Under the pieces are notes generated by a model. The model worked only from the letters and a program-made list of their open reading frames with translations. It was not told the DNA's origin and did not search any database. A DNA stretch of 64,000 nucleotides, taken from the NCBI GenBank assembly GCA_965208675.1, contig OZ242351.1, positions 3,424,001 through 3,488,000 on the forward strand, in the 5' to 3' direction. Positions 51,362 through 62,647 of this stretch are shown in pieces. Both the position numbers and the translations under genes were made by a program. The first letter of the stretch is position 1, and each line of letters opens with the position of its first letter. The stretch comes from Candidatus Poribacteria bacterium (GTDB lineage: Bacteria > Poribacteria > WGA-4E > PCPOR2b).

Positions 51362-52666
51362 ATGACCAACGACTTACTTATGACTATACGTCAAATCATG
51401 AATCAGACGGATCTGCCGCAGGAGATTTTTATCGAGGCGATCGAAGCCGCACTATATTCAGCGGCGAAGCGGCGTTACGGCTCAACGCAAGGTGTATCCA
51501 TTAAGATTGATTCTGAGACCGGCGAGATAAAATGTTATGTTCCCCAGAAAGTGGTTGAAATAATGCACCACTTCGCGAGAGAGATTCCGATTGAGGAAGC
51601 CTTGAAAATAAAACCCGATAGCCAGTTGGATGAGATTATCGAGGTTGAAGTGGATCCGAGAGAATTTGGTAGAATAGAAGCTCAAACGGCGCGTCAGATT
51701 CTTGTCCAAAAAATTAAGGAAGCCGAACGGGAACAGATTTATCAGGAATATAAAACCCGCGAAGGAGAGATAATCACAGGGTATGTGCAACGAGTTGAAC
51801 GCGGGAATGTCATCCTTGATTTGGAACGAACCGAAGGAATATTACCGTATAGCGAAAGTGCTCATCCGCACCATTATCAACGCGGCGACTCGTTAAAGTG
51901 TTTGATTTTGGAAGTGCAAGCTGATGCGAAGGGGCCGCAAATCGTCCTTTCCCGGACACATCCCGATTTAATAGACCGATTATTTGAAATGGAAGTGCCT
52001 GAGATTTATGACGGATTAGTACGCATCATGGCAATCGCACGGGATCCGGGAAATCGAGCAAAAGTGGCTGTTACTGCGCCATCTGAAAATATTGACGCCG
52101 TTGGCACTTGTGTTGGGGTAAAAGGTTCTCGGGTTGAGGCGGTTGTCAGGGAGCTGGATGGGGAGAAAATTGACCTCCTCGAATGGAACGCATCGCCAGC
52201 GACTTTCATTGCAAATGCTCTCCAACCTGCTACGGTGGCTTCTGTGAACATTTATGAGGGGGCCGAAAACGCAGAAGTTATTGTACCGGACGATCAGCTG
52301 TCGCTAGCGATTGGCAGGCGCGGTCAAAACGCACGGCTTGCTGCAAAATTGACGGGGTGGAAAATTGATATAAAAAGCGAGTCGGAAGCGGACACACAAC
52401 TTAAGGAGGAAATCGCGGCAGAACTATTTAGTGCTCAGCCGAGTGAATCAGAAGATTCTCCGCGGACAGCAGCGTCTGACGGCGAGGTGGATTTGACGGA
52501 TTTGGATGGCGTCGGTGCAAAAACTGCAACAGCACTCAGAGACTCTGGATTTTCAACTATACAATCCGTTGCGGGGGCAACGTTAGATGAACTTTTGGCG
52601 GTTCCGGGGGTTGGCGCAAAAACTGCCGAGAAAATTCAGCGTAGCGCGGCAGAAGCTGAAGGCTAA
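51362..52666 (+). CDS. nusA: Transcription factor NusA with C-terminal HhH repeats
   Basis: FGRIEAQTARQ, EVPEIYDG, QLSLAIGRRGQNARLAAKLTGWKIDI. Confidence 0.97.
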   Translation: MTNDLLMTIRQIMNQTDLPQEIFIEAIEAALYSAAKRRYGSTQGVSIKIDSETGEIKCYVPQKVVEIMHHFAREIPIEEALKIKPDSQLDEIIEVEVDPREFGRIEAQTARQILVQKIKEAEREQIYQEYKTREGEIITGYVQRVERGNVILDLERTEGILPYSESAHPHHYQRGDSLKCLILEVQADAKGPQIVLSRTHPDLIDRLFEMEVPEIYDGLVRIMAIARDPGNRAKVAVTAPSENIDAVGTCVGVKGSRVEAVVRELDGEKIDLLEWNASPATFIANALQPATVASVNIYEGAENAEVIVPDDQLSLAIGRRGQNARLAAKLTGWKIDIKSESEADTQLKEEIAAELFSAQPSESEDSPRTAASDGEVDLTDLDGVGAKTATALRDSGFSTIQSVAGATLDELLAVPGVGAKTAEKIQRSAAEAEG

Positions 52667-53088
52667 CAATACTAATTTGGACTTACGCAGTTGGACTCGG
52701 TTACTATATTTCCGTTCCGGCGGCCGGAGATTGGGTAGGCACAAGACCTGCCCCTACCAACTTCGCTTCAGCTATAACCTAAGCGGCTTTGGGGGATTGT
52801 TACGGCGTCGACATCATTCTGAACTTTAATTGCGCGCCACGGAAATCCCCAATTAGAACTTACTTCGGTTTACTTGCGATTTTCTCCAAAGGCTCTGAAT
52901 CCGTTAAAAACGCAGGCAACCATGTTATGGCGTTTAGGTTTGCCAACCAAATTCTGCAACACCGCAGCTTTCAGGTCTCCCAAAATCATTTGCTTTTTTA
53001 TGGGCGTGAATCGCTCAAAGTAAACATTGCGTTTTATCAAACAGGAACTGCTTGACCTGACGAATTAGACAAGCGTGAAGAGGTGTGA

Positions 53089-55110
53089 ATGAAAACCGAT
53101 AAAACTAAGAACAGCAAGAATATAAGAGTTTACCAATTGGCAAAACGCTATGGGTTGAGCAGCAAAGCATTCATTGAAGAACTCCAGAAGTTCGGTGTGC
53201 CTGTCAAGAACCACATGAGCACGCTAGATCCGGAAACCGTGGAGTTAATTGAAGCTGAACGTAATTCGAAAAAAACCAAACTTGACACGCCTTTGAATCA
53301 AGGTGAAGCGGCAATTGAAGAAACCGCGACTGAAGCAGTTACTGTTAAAGAAGAAACCCCAAGTTTTCCGCAAGTTCAAGAAGGCGTCACAGTGGCTCAG
53401 ATTGCTTCAATTCTGGGATTTAAGGACACAGAAATGATTAGGCGGCTGATGAAACTTGGTATAATGGCGAGCATTAATCAACGCCTAGATTTCGACACGT
53501 TGGAGAGTATCAGCGAGAAGTTTGAATTTGAAGCTGTCCGCCAATTAACACTAGAGGAAAAAGTTCTGAAGGACGCACCTGAAGATCCAAAAGACCTCGT
53601 TCCCCGCGCCCCGGTTGTCACGATTATGGGACATGTCGACCACGGCAAGACGTCACTGCTTGATGCCGTTCGCGAGTCGAATGTAATGGAGACAGAAGCT
53701 GGAAATATAACGCAACATATTGGCGCGTATCATGTGGAATTGAAGAACGGCAACGTTGTTTTTCTAGACACCCCCGGGCATGCGGCATTCACGGCTATGC
53801 GCGCGCGCGGCACACAAGTGACAGATATCGTCGTCCTAGTTGTAGCGGCAGATGATGGTGTAATGCCGCAAACGATAGAAGCTATCAATCACGCAAAGGC
53901 TGCAGAAATTCCCATTGTTGTTGCAATCAACAAAATTGATGTGGATAGTGCCAGACCCGATTATGTCAAACAACAGTTGGCGGATCAGGGTCTTATTCCT
54001 GAGGATTGGGGCGGGCAAACGATATTTGTTGAGATTTCTGCGAAGGAAAGTATTGGCGTTGATGAACTGTTGGATATGCTGCTCCTTGAATCGGAACTGC
54101 TTGAACTGACAGCCAATCCAAATAAAGCGGGACGAGGCGCTATTATTGAAGCGAAGCTGGATAAAGGGCGAGGTCCTGTAGCAACAGTGCTAGTGCAAAA
54201 CGGGACGTTGGGAGTTGGGGATGTGTTCATCGCCGGCCGCAGCTATGGCAAGGTGCGGGCGCTAATTGATGATCGAGGGCATCGGCTAAAAATGGCATCC
54301 CCATCGACACCGGTTGAAGTACTTGGTTTCACCGGGGTACCAGAAGCAGGGGACAGCTTTCACGTTGTAGATTCCGAGAAAGATGCCAGAACCATCAGCG
54401 AAACTAGGCAATCAGAACATCGGTATGCTCAGCTCAGTCCGCAGAGCCGTGTGAATTTAGACGATCTCTTTCAGCAGATTCATGAGGGGGATATCAAAGA
54501 ATTAAACGTGATTATCAAAGGCGATGTTCAAGGCTCCGTTGAAGCTGTTTGTGATTCGCTGCGAAAGTTAAACGCCAACGAGGTCAAAGTCAACATCATC
54601 CATCAAGCTGTAGGGGGAATTACAGAAACAGATATCTTACTTGCATCTGCATCCAACGCAATTGTGCTCGGATTTAACGTGCGCCCGACAACAGAAGCCT
54701 TGATAGCAAAGGACCTCGAAAGTATTGATGTTCGGACGTACAATGTGATTTATAATCTGATTTCCGATGTCAGGTCTGCAATGGAAGGACTGTTAGATCC
54801 TGAGGTTCGAGAGGTTGCCGTGGGCAGAGCAATTGTTCGCGAGTTATTCAAGATTCCACGGAGGGGAATGATTGCTGGAACTTATGTCAATTGGGGACAA
54901 ATCATTTATAACTACCCCTTGCGTGTATTGCGTGACAATCGACTGATTTATGAAGGTAAGGTTGACTCGTTACGCCGTTTCAAAGACGACGTTACCGAGG
55001 TTGCGGCGAACTACGAATGTGGTATCGGCACGAGCGCTTTCGACGATTTCAAAGTGGATGATGTGTTAGAATGCTATACCCACGAACATATCCCGCGCGT
55101 ATTGAAGTAA
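53089..55110 (+). CDS. infB: Translation initiation factor IF-2
   Basis: [20 protein letters not shown]. Confidence 0.98.
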   Translation: MKTDKTKNSKNIRVYQLAKRYGLSSKAFIEELQKFGVPVKNHMSTLDPETVELIEAERNSKKTKLDTPLNQGEAAIEETATEAVTVKEETPSFPQVQEGVTVAQIASILGFKDTEMIRRLMKLGIMASINQRLDFDTLESISEKFEFEAVRQLTLEEKVLKDAPEDPKDLVPRAPVVTIMGHVDHGKTSLLDAVRESNVMETEAGNITQHIGAYHVELKNGNVVFLDTPGHAAFTAMRARGTQVTDIVVLVVAADDGVMPQTIEAINHAKAAEIPIVVAINKIDVDSARPDYVKQQLADQGLIPEDWGGQTIFVEISAKESIGVDELLDMLLLESELLELTANPNKAGRGAIIEAKLDKGRGPVATVLVQNGTLGVGDVFIAGRSYGKVRALIDDRGHRLKMASPSTPVEVLGFTGVPEAGDSFHVVDSEKDARTISETRQSEHRYAQLSPQSRVNLDDLFQQIHEGDIKELNVIIKGDVQGSVEAVCDSLRKLNANEVKVNIIHQAVGGITETDILLASASNAIVLGFNVRPTTEALIAKDLESIDVRTYNVIYNLISDVRSAMEGLLDPEVREVAVGRAIVRELFKIPRRGMIAGTYVNWGQIIYNYPLRVLRDNRLIYEGKVDSLRRFKDDVTEVAANYECGIGTSAFDDFKVDDVLECYTHEHIPRVLK

Positions 55111-55230
55111 AAACAGGGAGTACGCGGGTTATGTATCCGTAGTCTCAGGACTTCCGTTCTGATTCAATTTATGTTGCAAATTCAGCACGTTATTGGTTGC
55201 GTTACAGGAAATCATTGATGTTCAACGGCT

Positions 55231-55515
55231 ATGCATGTTGGGATTTGTAAAGCCTTTTTGACGATTTCAGAGAGCTATTCGCTGAAAGAGAAACGGCGGG
55301 TTGTCAAAAGCATTATTGCGCGGTTGAAAAATCAGTTTAATGTTGCCGTTGGCGAAGTTGATGCGCTAGATGTGCACCAACGAGCCGTGCTTGGCATTGT
55401 TTCCGTGTCCAACGATTCAGCGCATCTCAACCGTGTGTTGTCGAAAGCAATAAATTTTATTGAGACAAACGGATTAGCAGAATTAACTGACTACGAGATT
55501 GAATTCATATACTGA
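55231..55515 (+). CDS. DUF503 (YlxP) family protein
   Basis: SLKEKRRVVKS...FNVAVGEV; located between infB and rbfA. Confidence 0.9.
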   Translation: MHVGICKAFLTISESYSLKEKRRVVKSIIARLKNQFNVAVGEVDALDVHQRAVLGIVSVSNDSAHLNRVLSKAINFIETNGLAELTDYEIEFIY

Positions 55516-55525
55516 CGAAGCGACA

Positions 55526-55918
55526 ATGTTTGAAAACAGACGCATAGATCGGGTGAGCGCACTCATACAGAAGGAACTAAGTTACATTATCCATCGATCG
55601 CTCAAGGATCCGCGAGTAAAATTTTGCACTATTACGCAGGTCGAAGTTTCTTACGATTTGAAGTATGCCGATGTTATGGTGAGCGTAATTGGCGACAAAC
55701 AACAAAAACAAGGGGTGATGGCGGGATTGAAAAGCGCCGCCGGTTATCTCAGACGCGAAGTGGGAGGGCGAGTTGATTTGCGATATGCGCCTGAATTGCG
55801 TTTCAAGTTGGACCAGTCGATTGACCATTTAATGAAATTAGACCGACTACTGAAGCAGGTGCGTTCTGAGGAAGAAAAACTCGGTATTTCGTCGGAATGC
55901 GGCGATGAAATATCCTAA
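55526..55918 (+). CDS. rbfA: Ribosome-binding factor A
   Basis: RIDRV, LKDPRV, LRYAPELRF. Confidence 0.95.
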   Translation: MFENRRIDRVSALIQKELSYIIHRSLKDPRVKFCTITQVEVSYDLKYADVMVSVIGDKQQKQGVMAGLKSAAGYLRREVGGRVDLRYAPELRFKLDQSIDHLMKLDRLLKQVRSEEEKLGISSECGDEIS

Positions 55919-55933
55919 ACCGCTTCATTAGAT

Positions 55934-56956
55934 ATGGAAACCTACAATACAGTCCTTGATGTTTTTGCTGGCCACCAGAATTTTGCGCTTTCCACACACA
56001 TCAATCCCGACGGCGATGCGATTGGATCGGAATTAGCACTTTATTCATTTCTTAAAGACTTAGGGAAGCAGGTGCTGATATTCAATACAGATGCTGTTCC
56101 GAAAATCTACCAATTCCTTCCTTTCTCCGATGCTGTTTTACCCCCCGAAGCGATTCAAGGATATTCACCTGAGATTCTAGTCGTTCTTGACTCAGGAATG
56201 CTAAAACGAATTGGTGACGACCTCTGCCGGAGCCTAATCCCATCAAAAGCGATTGTAAACATCGATCATCACGCCACGGCAAATCATTTTGGGAGTTTCA
56301 ACCTTATTGAAGAAGAAGCGTCATCAACATCTGAGATTATTTATCAGTTGATCAAACACCACGGGACGCCAATTGGGAGAGATAGAGCGGTATGCCTTTA
56401 CACCGGAATCATGTTTGATACCGGCTGTTTTCGATATTCGAATTCCACACCCGCGGCGCATCGAATTGCTGCAGAACTCGTTAATGCGGGTGTATCCGTA
56501 GATGAGATTTACCGTTTGGTTTATGAAACCACGCCGGTTGCAAGAATTCGTTTGCTTGGCGATGTACTTCAAACTCTCGGTATGTCGCCCGATGGCAAGA
56601 TTGCATGGGGGTATGCGACTCAGGAAATGTTCCGAAAAACAGGAACGGGCCGGGAGGAGGTAGATGGATTCATCAATCACATACGATCGATTGATACTGT
56701 TGAGTTTGCGGTGTTGGTAAGTGAACAGGAAGATGGGCGGTCTAAAGCGAGTCTGCGCAGCAAATCATATATTGATGCCGGGGAAATTGCCGCGGAATTT
56801 GGCGGGGGCGGGCATCAACGCGCCGCAGGCTGCGAGATTGATGCGCACTATGACGTAGCAATTGCGCAACTCGTGGCAAGCGCTCAACAACGAATCAACA
56901 AGTTGAAGGAGGTATTGGGCGTTAAGTCTGAAGAGTTTAGTGGACGGCTAAACTAA
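55934..56956 (+). CDS. nrnA: DHH/DHHA1 oligoribonuclease / pAp phosphatase
   Basis: HINPDGDAIGS, IDHH, DTGCF, GGGGHQRAAG. Confidence 0.9.
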   Translation: METYNTVLDVFAGHQNFALSTHINPDGDAIGSELALYSFLKDLGKQVLIFNTDAVPKIYQFLPFSDAVLPPEAIQGYSPEILVVLDSGMLKRIGDDLCRSLIPSKAIVNIDHHATANHFGSFNLIEEEASSTSEIIYQLIKHHGTPIGRDRAVCLYTGIMFDTGCFRYSNSTPAAHRIAAELVNAGVSVDEIYRLVYETTPVARIRLLGDVLQTLGMSPDGKIAWGYATQEMFRKTGTGREEVDGFINHIRSIDTVEFAVLVSEQEDGRSKASLRSKSYIDAGEIAAEFGGGGHQRAAGCEIDAHYDVAIAQLVASAQQRINKLKEVLGVKSEEFSGRLN

Positions 56957-57241
56957 TCCTTTTGCCTCTGATGCCAAGTTCTATCACTAAGTTCTGTTGA
57001 CAATTGGAAATTTGAACCCATCTCCATGCACTGAGTTTTTGGGCAGGCACAAGACCTGCCCCTACATAATCCTTGTAGGGGCAACGCATGTGGTTGCCCT
57101 AATACGTCAGACATCGCCCCCGACTTGGGTTTTTGGCGAATTAAACGGTTGTATGTTGCATTAGTAACACCAAAATGTCAACACGCCCCAATATTCACAT
57201 CGCACAACACGGTTTGTCCGATAATCTACAATGGTTGCCCA

Positions 57242-57982
57242 ATGCGGATTGACGGCGTTCTCAACCTGAATAAACCTGACAAAATGACCTCTAGGCAAGC
57301 AGTTGATCGGATTAAACACCTGTTAAATGTCCGGAAGGCTGGGCATGGAGGAACGCTCGATCCCGATGCAACTGGTGTACTGCCCATCTGTTTGGGGAAT
57401 GGGACAAAGTTGTTTGAACCGCTACAGCTTGGTACAAAGGAGTATGAAGGCACACTGACATTAGGCATCACCACGGATACGCTTGATGCAAGTGGACGTA
57501 TTCTCAGCACAGCGGAGGTAAGTGAGGTTACTTTAGATAAAATTTATACCGTTTCCCAACAATTTATTGGAGAGAGTGAGCAAGTTGTTCCAATATTTTC
57601 TGCTGCGAAACGCAAAGGTAAACGGCTGTACAAACTAGCACGCCAAGGAATTGAATTGGAGCATTTACCCAGAAAAAAGGTGTTTATTGAATCACTTGAG
57701 ATTCTGTCAACCAAAATACCAGAAGTACGGTTCAGAGTCGTTTGTTCCAAAGGGACGTATATCCGGACACTTGTATCAGATTTTGGTACTGCGCTGGCTT
57801 GCGGCGCTCATCTTTCACAGTTAACCCGCACGCAATCCGGAATATTCAAAATCTCGGACTCTCATTCTCTTGACAGCCTTGAAAGCAATCCGGAACTTGC
57901 TCATCAGACGGTTATGCCGATTGAAGATGTTCTTGAAGCGCTGCATCGCCGTTTCCCATTGCAGGCAAAAAGTGCGTTTTAA
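57242..57982 (+). CDS. truB: tRNA pseudouridine-55 synthase
   Basis: KAGHGGTLDP.ATG, CSKGTYIR. Confidence 0.95.
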   Translation: MRIDGVLNLNKPDKMTSRQAVDRIKHLLNVRKAGHGGTLDPDATGVLPICLGNGTKLFEPLQLGTKEYEGTLTLGITTDTLDASGRILSTAEVSEVTLDKIYTVSQQFIGESEQVVPIFSAAKRKGKRLYKLARQGIELEHLPRKKVFIESLEILSTKIPEVRFRVVCSKGTYIRTLVSDFGTALACGAHLSQLTRTQSGIFKISDSHSLDSLESNPELAHQTVMPIEDVLEALHRRFPLQAKSAF

Positions 57983-58081
57983 TTTATACGTTTATTCATA
58001 GCTGTCGTGAATGGTTAAAGTTGAAGATAGCAGGATGTTGTCTTATCACGTCGAAATTCGTCCAAACTTGGAGACTGATTT

Positions 58082-59014
58082 TTGGAAATTTTCTACAATC
58101 TAGAAGCAGCGTCTAAGTTTTGCCATGCATCTGTTGCTACCGTTGGTGTGTTCGACGGATTACACATTGGACATCAAGCTGTCATTCAGCAGGTATTAAC
58201 TCAAGCGGAAAAGTCTGAGTTGCCTAGTCTTGTTCTTGCTTTCCATCCGCCTCCGCTTGCTTTTCTAGCTCCCGAAAAGTGCCCGCCAACTTTGACGGTT
58301 ATCTCGAAGCGGATTGAGATACTAGAACGCCTCGGTGTTGATACCGTGATTTTTGCCCGTTTCGATCCCAACTTGCAAAAAATGTCTCCCGACCAATTTG
58401 TGCGGCTGGTCTTACTAGGGCAATTGCGCGCAAAACAGGTAGTCATTGGCTATGAATGGCAGTTCGGCAAAGGGCGGACCGGCAATGTGGAGGATTTGAA
58501 GCAACTTGGAACACAGTATGAATTTGGCGTGGTCGTTGTTGGCCCCACAGAATTTCACGGGCTTCCCGTTCATAGTACTCGCGTCCGCGAAGCGATTGCA
58601 ACAGGTAAGCTTGATTTAGCGGCGCAACTATTAGGCCGCCGGCACTCGATTCTCGGTAAGGTGATAAAGGGAGCGGGCCTTGGACGCACACTTGGGTTCC
58701 CGACCGCAAACATTGACGCCGGCGATCAGATGCTCCCGCCAAACGGCGTTTACGCAATCCAAGCGACATTAAGGAAACGCATGTACGATGGGGTACTGAA
58801 TATGGGAACGAGGCCGACGTTTGATGGATTGAAGTTCCAAATTGAAAGTCATCTATTCGGTGTTGAGGACATGTTTTACGATAAAGACATTGAAATTTTC
58901 TTTGTCGAAAAAATTCGCGATGAGCGTACGTTTCCAAATCAAGGCGCTTTAGTGCATCAAATTCAGCAAGACATCGTCACGACTCAGGCAATTCTTAAAC
59001 AGCGGGAGAATTGA
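58082..59014 (+). CDS. ribF: Riboflavin kinase / FAD synthetase
   Basis: GVFDGLHIGH, GRTLGFPTAN, IRDERTF. Confidence 0.95.
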   Translation: MEIFYNLEAASKFCHASVATVGVFDGLHIGHQAVIQQVLTQAEKSELPSLVLAFHPPPLAFLAPEKCPPTLTVISKRIEILERLGVDTVIFARFDPNLQKMSPDQFVRLVLLGQLRAKQVVIGYEWQFGKGRTGNVEDLKQLGTQYEFGVVVVGPTEFHGLPVHSTRVREAIATGKLDLAAQLLGRRHSILGKVIKGAGLGRTLGFPTANIDAGDQMLPPNGVYAIQATLRKRMYDGVLNMGTRPTFDGLKFQIESHLFGVEDMFYDKDIEIFFVEKIRDERTFPNQGALVHQIQQDIVTTQAILKQREN

Positions 59015-59046
59015 CCGTGGTGCATACCACTAGCTAGAATATTTAA

Positions 59047-59075
59047 TTTACAAAACGATTTGATTATGGTATATT
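59047..59075 (+). promoter_or_regulatory. Putative rpsO promoter
   Basis: TTTACA-N17-TATATT with an extended TG. Confidence 0.55.
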
Positions 59076-59129
59076 ATCCTTCAGGGAAAGGCTTAATGAG
59101 GGGAATGTGCCAAAAGGAGGTGAATTGGA

Positions 59130-59420
59130 GTGGCACTTGAATTTGAAAGGAAAAAAGAACTCTTGGAAGCACACAGATTGCACGATAGTGATACGGGTTC
59201 ACCCGAAGTACAAGTTGCAATTATTAATACCCGTATCCGAGAGTTGACGGAGCATTTCCGCAATCACAACAAAGACCATCATTCCAGATGCGGCCTTTAT
59301 AAGCTTGTGGGAAAACAGCGCCGTTTATTGCGTTATCTTTACAAAAAGGATGTTCGGCGTTACCACAAGCTCATCGAGCAATTGGGAATTCGGGACACGA
59401 TCACTGTAAGGAAAAGCTAG
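59130..59420 (+). CDS. rpsO: 30S ribosomal protein S15
   Basis: [16 protein letters not shown]; AGGAGG RBS. Confidence 0.97.
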   Translation: MALEFERKKELLEAHRLHDSDTGSPEVQVAIINTRIRELTEHFRNHNKDHHSRCGLYKLVGKQRRLLRYLYKKDVRRYHKLIEQLGIRDTITVRKS

Positions 59421-59457
59421 CAGTCCACCGTAGGACTTTTTGAGGAGGAAGAAGATT

Positions 59458-61683
59458 ATGAAGGTAGAAATGCAACTTGGAGAGGAAAAGCTGTCGATCG
59501 AGACAGGGAAGGTCGCGAAACAAGCGGATGGCGCTGCTTGGGTGCAATATGGCGGAACGGTGGTTTTAGTGACTGTCGTTGCGGATAAGAGGGAAAGTAA
59601 CTTAGATTTTTTTCCTTTAACCGTTGACTATCGTGAGAGAGCCTATGCTGCGGGGAAGATTCCAAATGTTTATGGAAGACGAGAACCGCGTCCCGGTATG
59701 CGGGAACGTTTGGTTGCACGTCTAGCTGATCACTGTATTCGCCCGCTTTTTCCGAAAGATTTTAAACCTGAAGTACAGATTTTGGCGACGGTACTTTCTT
59801 CAGATCAGGTTCACCCGGCGGATGTCCCTGCTTTAATTGGGACTTCGGCGGCGTTGAGTATCTCGGATATACCGTTTAATGGTCCGGTCGGAGCGGTTAC
59901 CGTAGGAAAACTGGATGGCAGATTAGTTATTAACCCAACCTATGAAGAATTGGAAGCATCTGAGCTAGAGCTCTTTGTGAGCGGCAACACATCCGCGGTT
60001 ATGTCCGTTGAGGGCGGGGCTGACGAACTCCCAGAAGATGAAATTATTGATGCGATCGTTTTTGCCCATGAACAGATTAAGGAAATTATCAAACTTCAGG
60101 AGGGTTTGGTTGCGTTATGTGGAAGACCTGTGCGAGAGTATCAGACCAAGGAAATTGATGCGGAACTGAATGCACAGGTTCGGAATCTTGCTACGGAAAA
60201 AATCCGTGCGTCCATTGGTATGACGAACAAACAGGATCGCGAGGATTACCTTGAGCAGGTGCAGGAAGATGTTCTGTCAGAAATTTTGGACGAAAACGAG
60301 GAACCGGACAGCGCCGTAACACAAAACGCCATCGCCGTATTGAGCGAAATTGAGAAAGAGGAGATGCGGCGTTCTATTTTGGATGAAGGCAAACGCGCCG
60401 ATGGACGCGGCACTCAGGAAATTCGTCAAATCACGGGAGAGATTTCTCTTCTTCCGCGAGTACACGGTTCGTCACTGTTCACACGCGGGCAAACCCAGGC
60501 GCTTTGTGTTGTAACGCTGGGTACTTCAGGAGATGCCGATGTGGAACGGGGGCTCCTAGGTGAAATCAGCCGTCCGTTCTTTTTGCACTATAATTTTCCG
60601 CCGTTCAGCACTGGTGAAGTGAAACGCATGATGGGGCCGGGGCGAAGGGAAATGGGTCATGGCGCACTGGCGCAAAGGGCGCTTGAACCCGTTATTCCCT
60701 CGAAGGAGGAATTTGCATATACCGTCCGCGTCGTCGCAGATATTCTTGAATCGAACGCCTCATCCTCCATGGCAACAGTATGCGGCGCAACATTGGCGTT
60801 GATGGACGCAGGTGTGCCTATAAAAAAACCGGTTGCCGGGGTTGGCGTGGGCTTGATCAAAGAAGGCGACCAGGAGATAATTTTGACGGACATGCTTGGC
60901 GCCGAAGACTTTCTTGGGGATATGGATTTTAAGATAGCGGGTACGATGAGTGGTGTGACTGCCATTCAGATGGACATTAAGATTGGCGGTGTGACGCCGG
61001 AGTTAATGCGAAAGGCTATCCATCAGGCTAAGGAAGCCCGCGTGATTGTGCTGGACAAGATGGGCGAGGTGATTGCGGAACCGCGTGAAGAACTTTCCCC
61101 GTACGCGCCACGAATTTATTACCTGCAAATTTCGCCAGCGAAGATTAAGGATTTGATTGGTCCCCGCGGCAAAGTTATCCAAGGCATTCAAGAAGAAACG
61201 GGCGTGACCATCAATGTAGAAGATGATGGAAAAGTTGAGGTGGCGTCAACAAGCGCGGAAGCCGCCAAAAAAGCGGAAGAGAGAATACTTGCGGTGACGG
61301 CCGTGCCGGAAATCGGGAAAGAATATGCTGGGAAAGTGATTCGGACAACGTCGTTTGGAGCTTTTGTTGAAATACTTCCGGGTCAAGACGGACTTATACA
61401 TATTTCGCAAATGGGCGATGGTTACGTCCGGCAGGTTGAAGATGTGATGAACGTCGGTGACGAAGTTGCCGTAAGCGTATTGACGATTGATGAACAGGGC
61501 CGCGTTGATTTAAAAATGGCAAATGATGGGCCGTCGGCTGAATCAAGCCCGGCGGAACGGAGTGCGCCGCGCGGCCGTCGAGGAGGACAACGCGATTCTC
61601 GTAACAATCGGAATGGCCGCAACGAAAATCCACGCGAGTCACAGCGGCGCGGGCCGCCGAGAATTCCTAAAGGACGCGTTTAG
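59458..61683 (+). CDS. pnp: Polyribonucleotide nucleotidyltransferase
   Basis: FFPLTVDYRE, FTRGQTQ, GDMDFK, KH and S1 domains. Confidence 0.98.
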   Translation: MKVEMQLGEEKLSIETGKVAKQADGAAWVQYGGTVVLVTVVADKRESNLDFFPLTVDYRERAYAAGKIPNVYGRREPRPGMRERLVARLADHCIRPLFPKDFKPEVQILATVLSSDQVHPADVPALIGTSAALSISDIPFNGPVGAVTVGKLDGRLVINPTYEELEASELELFVSGNTSAVMSVEGGADELPEDEIIDAIVFAHEQIKEIIKLQEGLVALCGRPVREYQTKEIDAELNAQVRNLATEKIRASIGMTNKQDREDYLEQVQEDVLSEILDENEEPDSAVTQNAIAVLSEIEKEEMRRSILDEGKRADGRGTQEIRQITGEISLLPRVHGSSLFTRGQTQALCVVTLGTSGDADVERGLLGEISRPFFLHYNFPPFSTGEVKRMMGPGRREMGHGALAQRALEPVIPSKEEFAYTVRVVADILESNASSSMATVCGATLALMDAGVPIKKPVAGVGVGLIKEGDQEIILTDMLGAEDFLGDMDFKIAGTMSGVTAIQMDIKIGGVTPELMRKAIHQAKEARVIVLDKMGEVIAEPREELSPYAPRIYYLQISPAKIKDLIGPRGKVIQGIQEETGVTINVEDDGKVEVASTSAEAAKKAEERILAVTAVPEIGKEYAGKVIRTTSFGAFVEILPGQDGLIHISQMGDGYVRQVEDVMNVGDEVAVSVLTIDEQGRVDLKMANDGPSAESSPAERSAPRGRRGGQRDSRNNRNGRNENPRESQRRGPPRIPKGRV

Positions 61684-61763
61684 CTAATAAGGCTAGGGTG
61701 TTGCGGGTATTGTCTGATTCTAACCTTTTAGTCTATGCTCATACTTGATGAAAGCCGTGTGAG

Positions 61764-62039
61764 ATGCAATCAAAAAGACCGATTCGGGCAAAAAGAGATT
61801 TACTGGATCAGAAATGGTTGACCTATTTCTTAATCTTTGTATTGCTCCTTTTAATTGCAATCTTCGTACTGTCCTTGAGGTATCAAGATTCGATTGTCCG
61901 AAATGCAAAACGGCTACTGCATCATGCGAAGCAGTTACTAAATAGAAAAAAAAGCGAACCTCCCCGTCCACGTCCGATGGGAATGCGGCAAAGCGAGAAA
62001 GCGGCCCCTATGCCAACTTTCTCACTTTGCCTCGCATAG
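61764..62039 (+). CDS. Small membrane-anchored hypothetical protein
   Basis: Single TM helix and a basic tail. Confidence 0.45.
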   Translation: MQSKRPIRAKRDLLDQKWLTYFLIFVLLLLIAIFVLSLRYQDSIVRNAKRLLHHAKQLLNRKKSEPPRPRPMGMRQSEKAAPMPTFSLCLA

Positions 62040-62104
62040 TGCATCTCTCACCCGCCCATCTTTTTACTCTCCGCCGCAAAATTTACAAGGCAGGAGCACA
62101 TCAG

Positions 62105-62644
62105 ATGTCTGAAAATAAACAATCATTTGTGCCTCAATGTGTTCTGATTACGGTGCTATTAATTTTGCCCACTTTCATCTTCGGTTGCGGCTATGTGTCA
62201 ACATCCTCTTATCTTGAACATATCAAGACTGTAAATATTCCGCTAATTACTATTGAAGATCCAGACTTTTCTTATGACGCGGATTCAGGTACAACGTACG
62301 ATGAAATTATTACGGAGCAATTGAGGGATCGGTTTAACCAGAAATGGCGCGACGGCAACGATGCACAACTTGATTTGGTTATACTCGACTACGACTTGGA
62401 ACCGATTCAGTATGATGTCAACAATAATCCGTCTCAGTTTCGCATGAGTTTGCAGATTGAATACGAGTTTCGTGATCGCGTACAAAACAGGATTATTGAT
62501 CGTCAGGAGAACTATATACAAATTCACGACTTCTATATAACTTCAGTTACAGGCGAGGAACCGGAGACTCGCCAGGAAGCAACGACACGGCTTATTCGAG
62601 AACTAACTGACGATCTTTACAACCAGCTCGCTGAACAGTGGTAA
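62105..62644 (+). CDS. LptE-like lipoprotein
   Basis: IFGCGY lipobox, HIKTVNIP and a C-terminal amphipathic helix ending in W. Confidence 0.6.
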   Translation: MSENKQSFVPQCVLITVLLILPTFIFGCGYVSTSSYLEHIKTVNIPLITIEDPDFSYDADSGTTYDEIITEQLRDRFNQKWRDGNDAQLDLVILDYDLEPIQYDVNNNPSQFRMSLQIEYEFRDRVQNRIIDRQENYIQIHDFYITSVTGEEPETRQEATTRLIRELTDDLYNQLAEQW

Positions 62645-62647
62645 ATT

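Noticed and set aside
52667-53088. ylxR/ylxQ genes between nusA and infB
   Set aside because: The ORFs here show no such motifs; the region contains a REP-like element instead.
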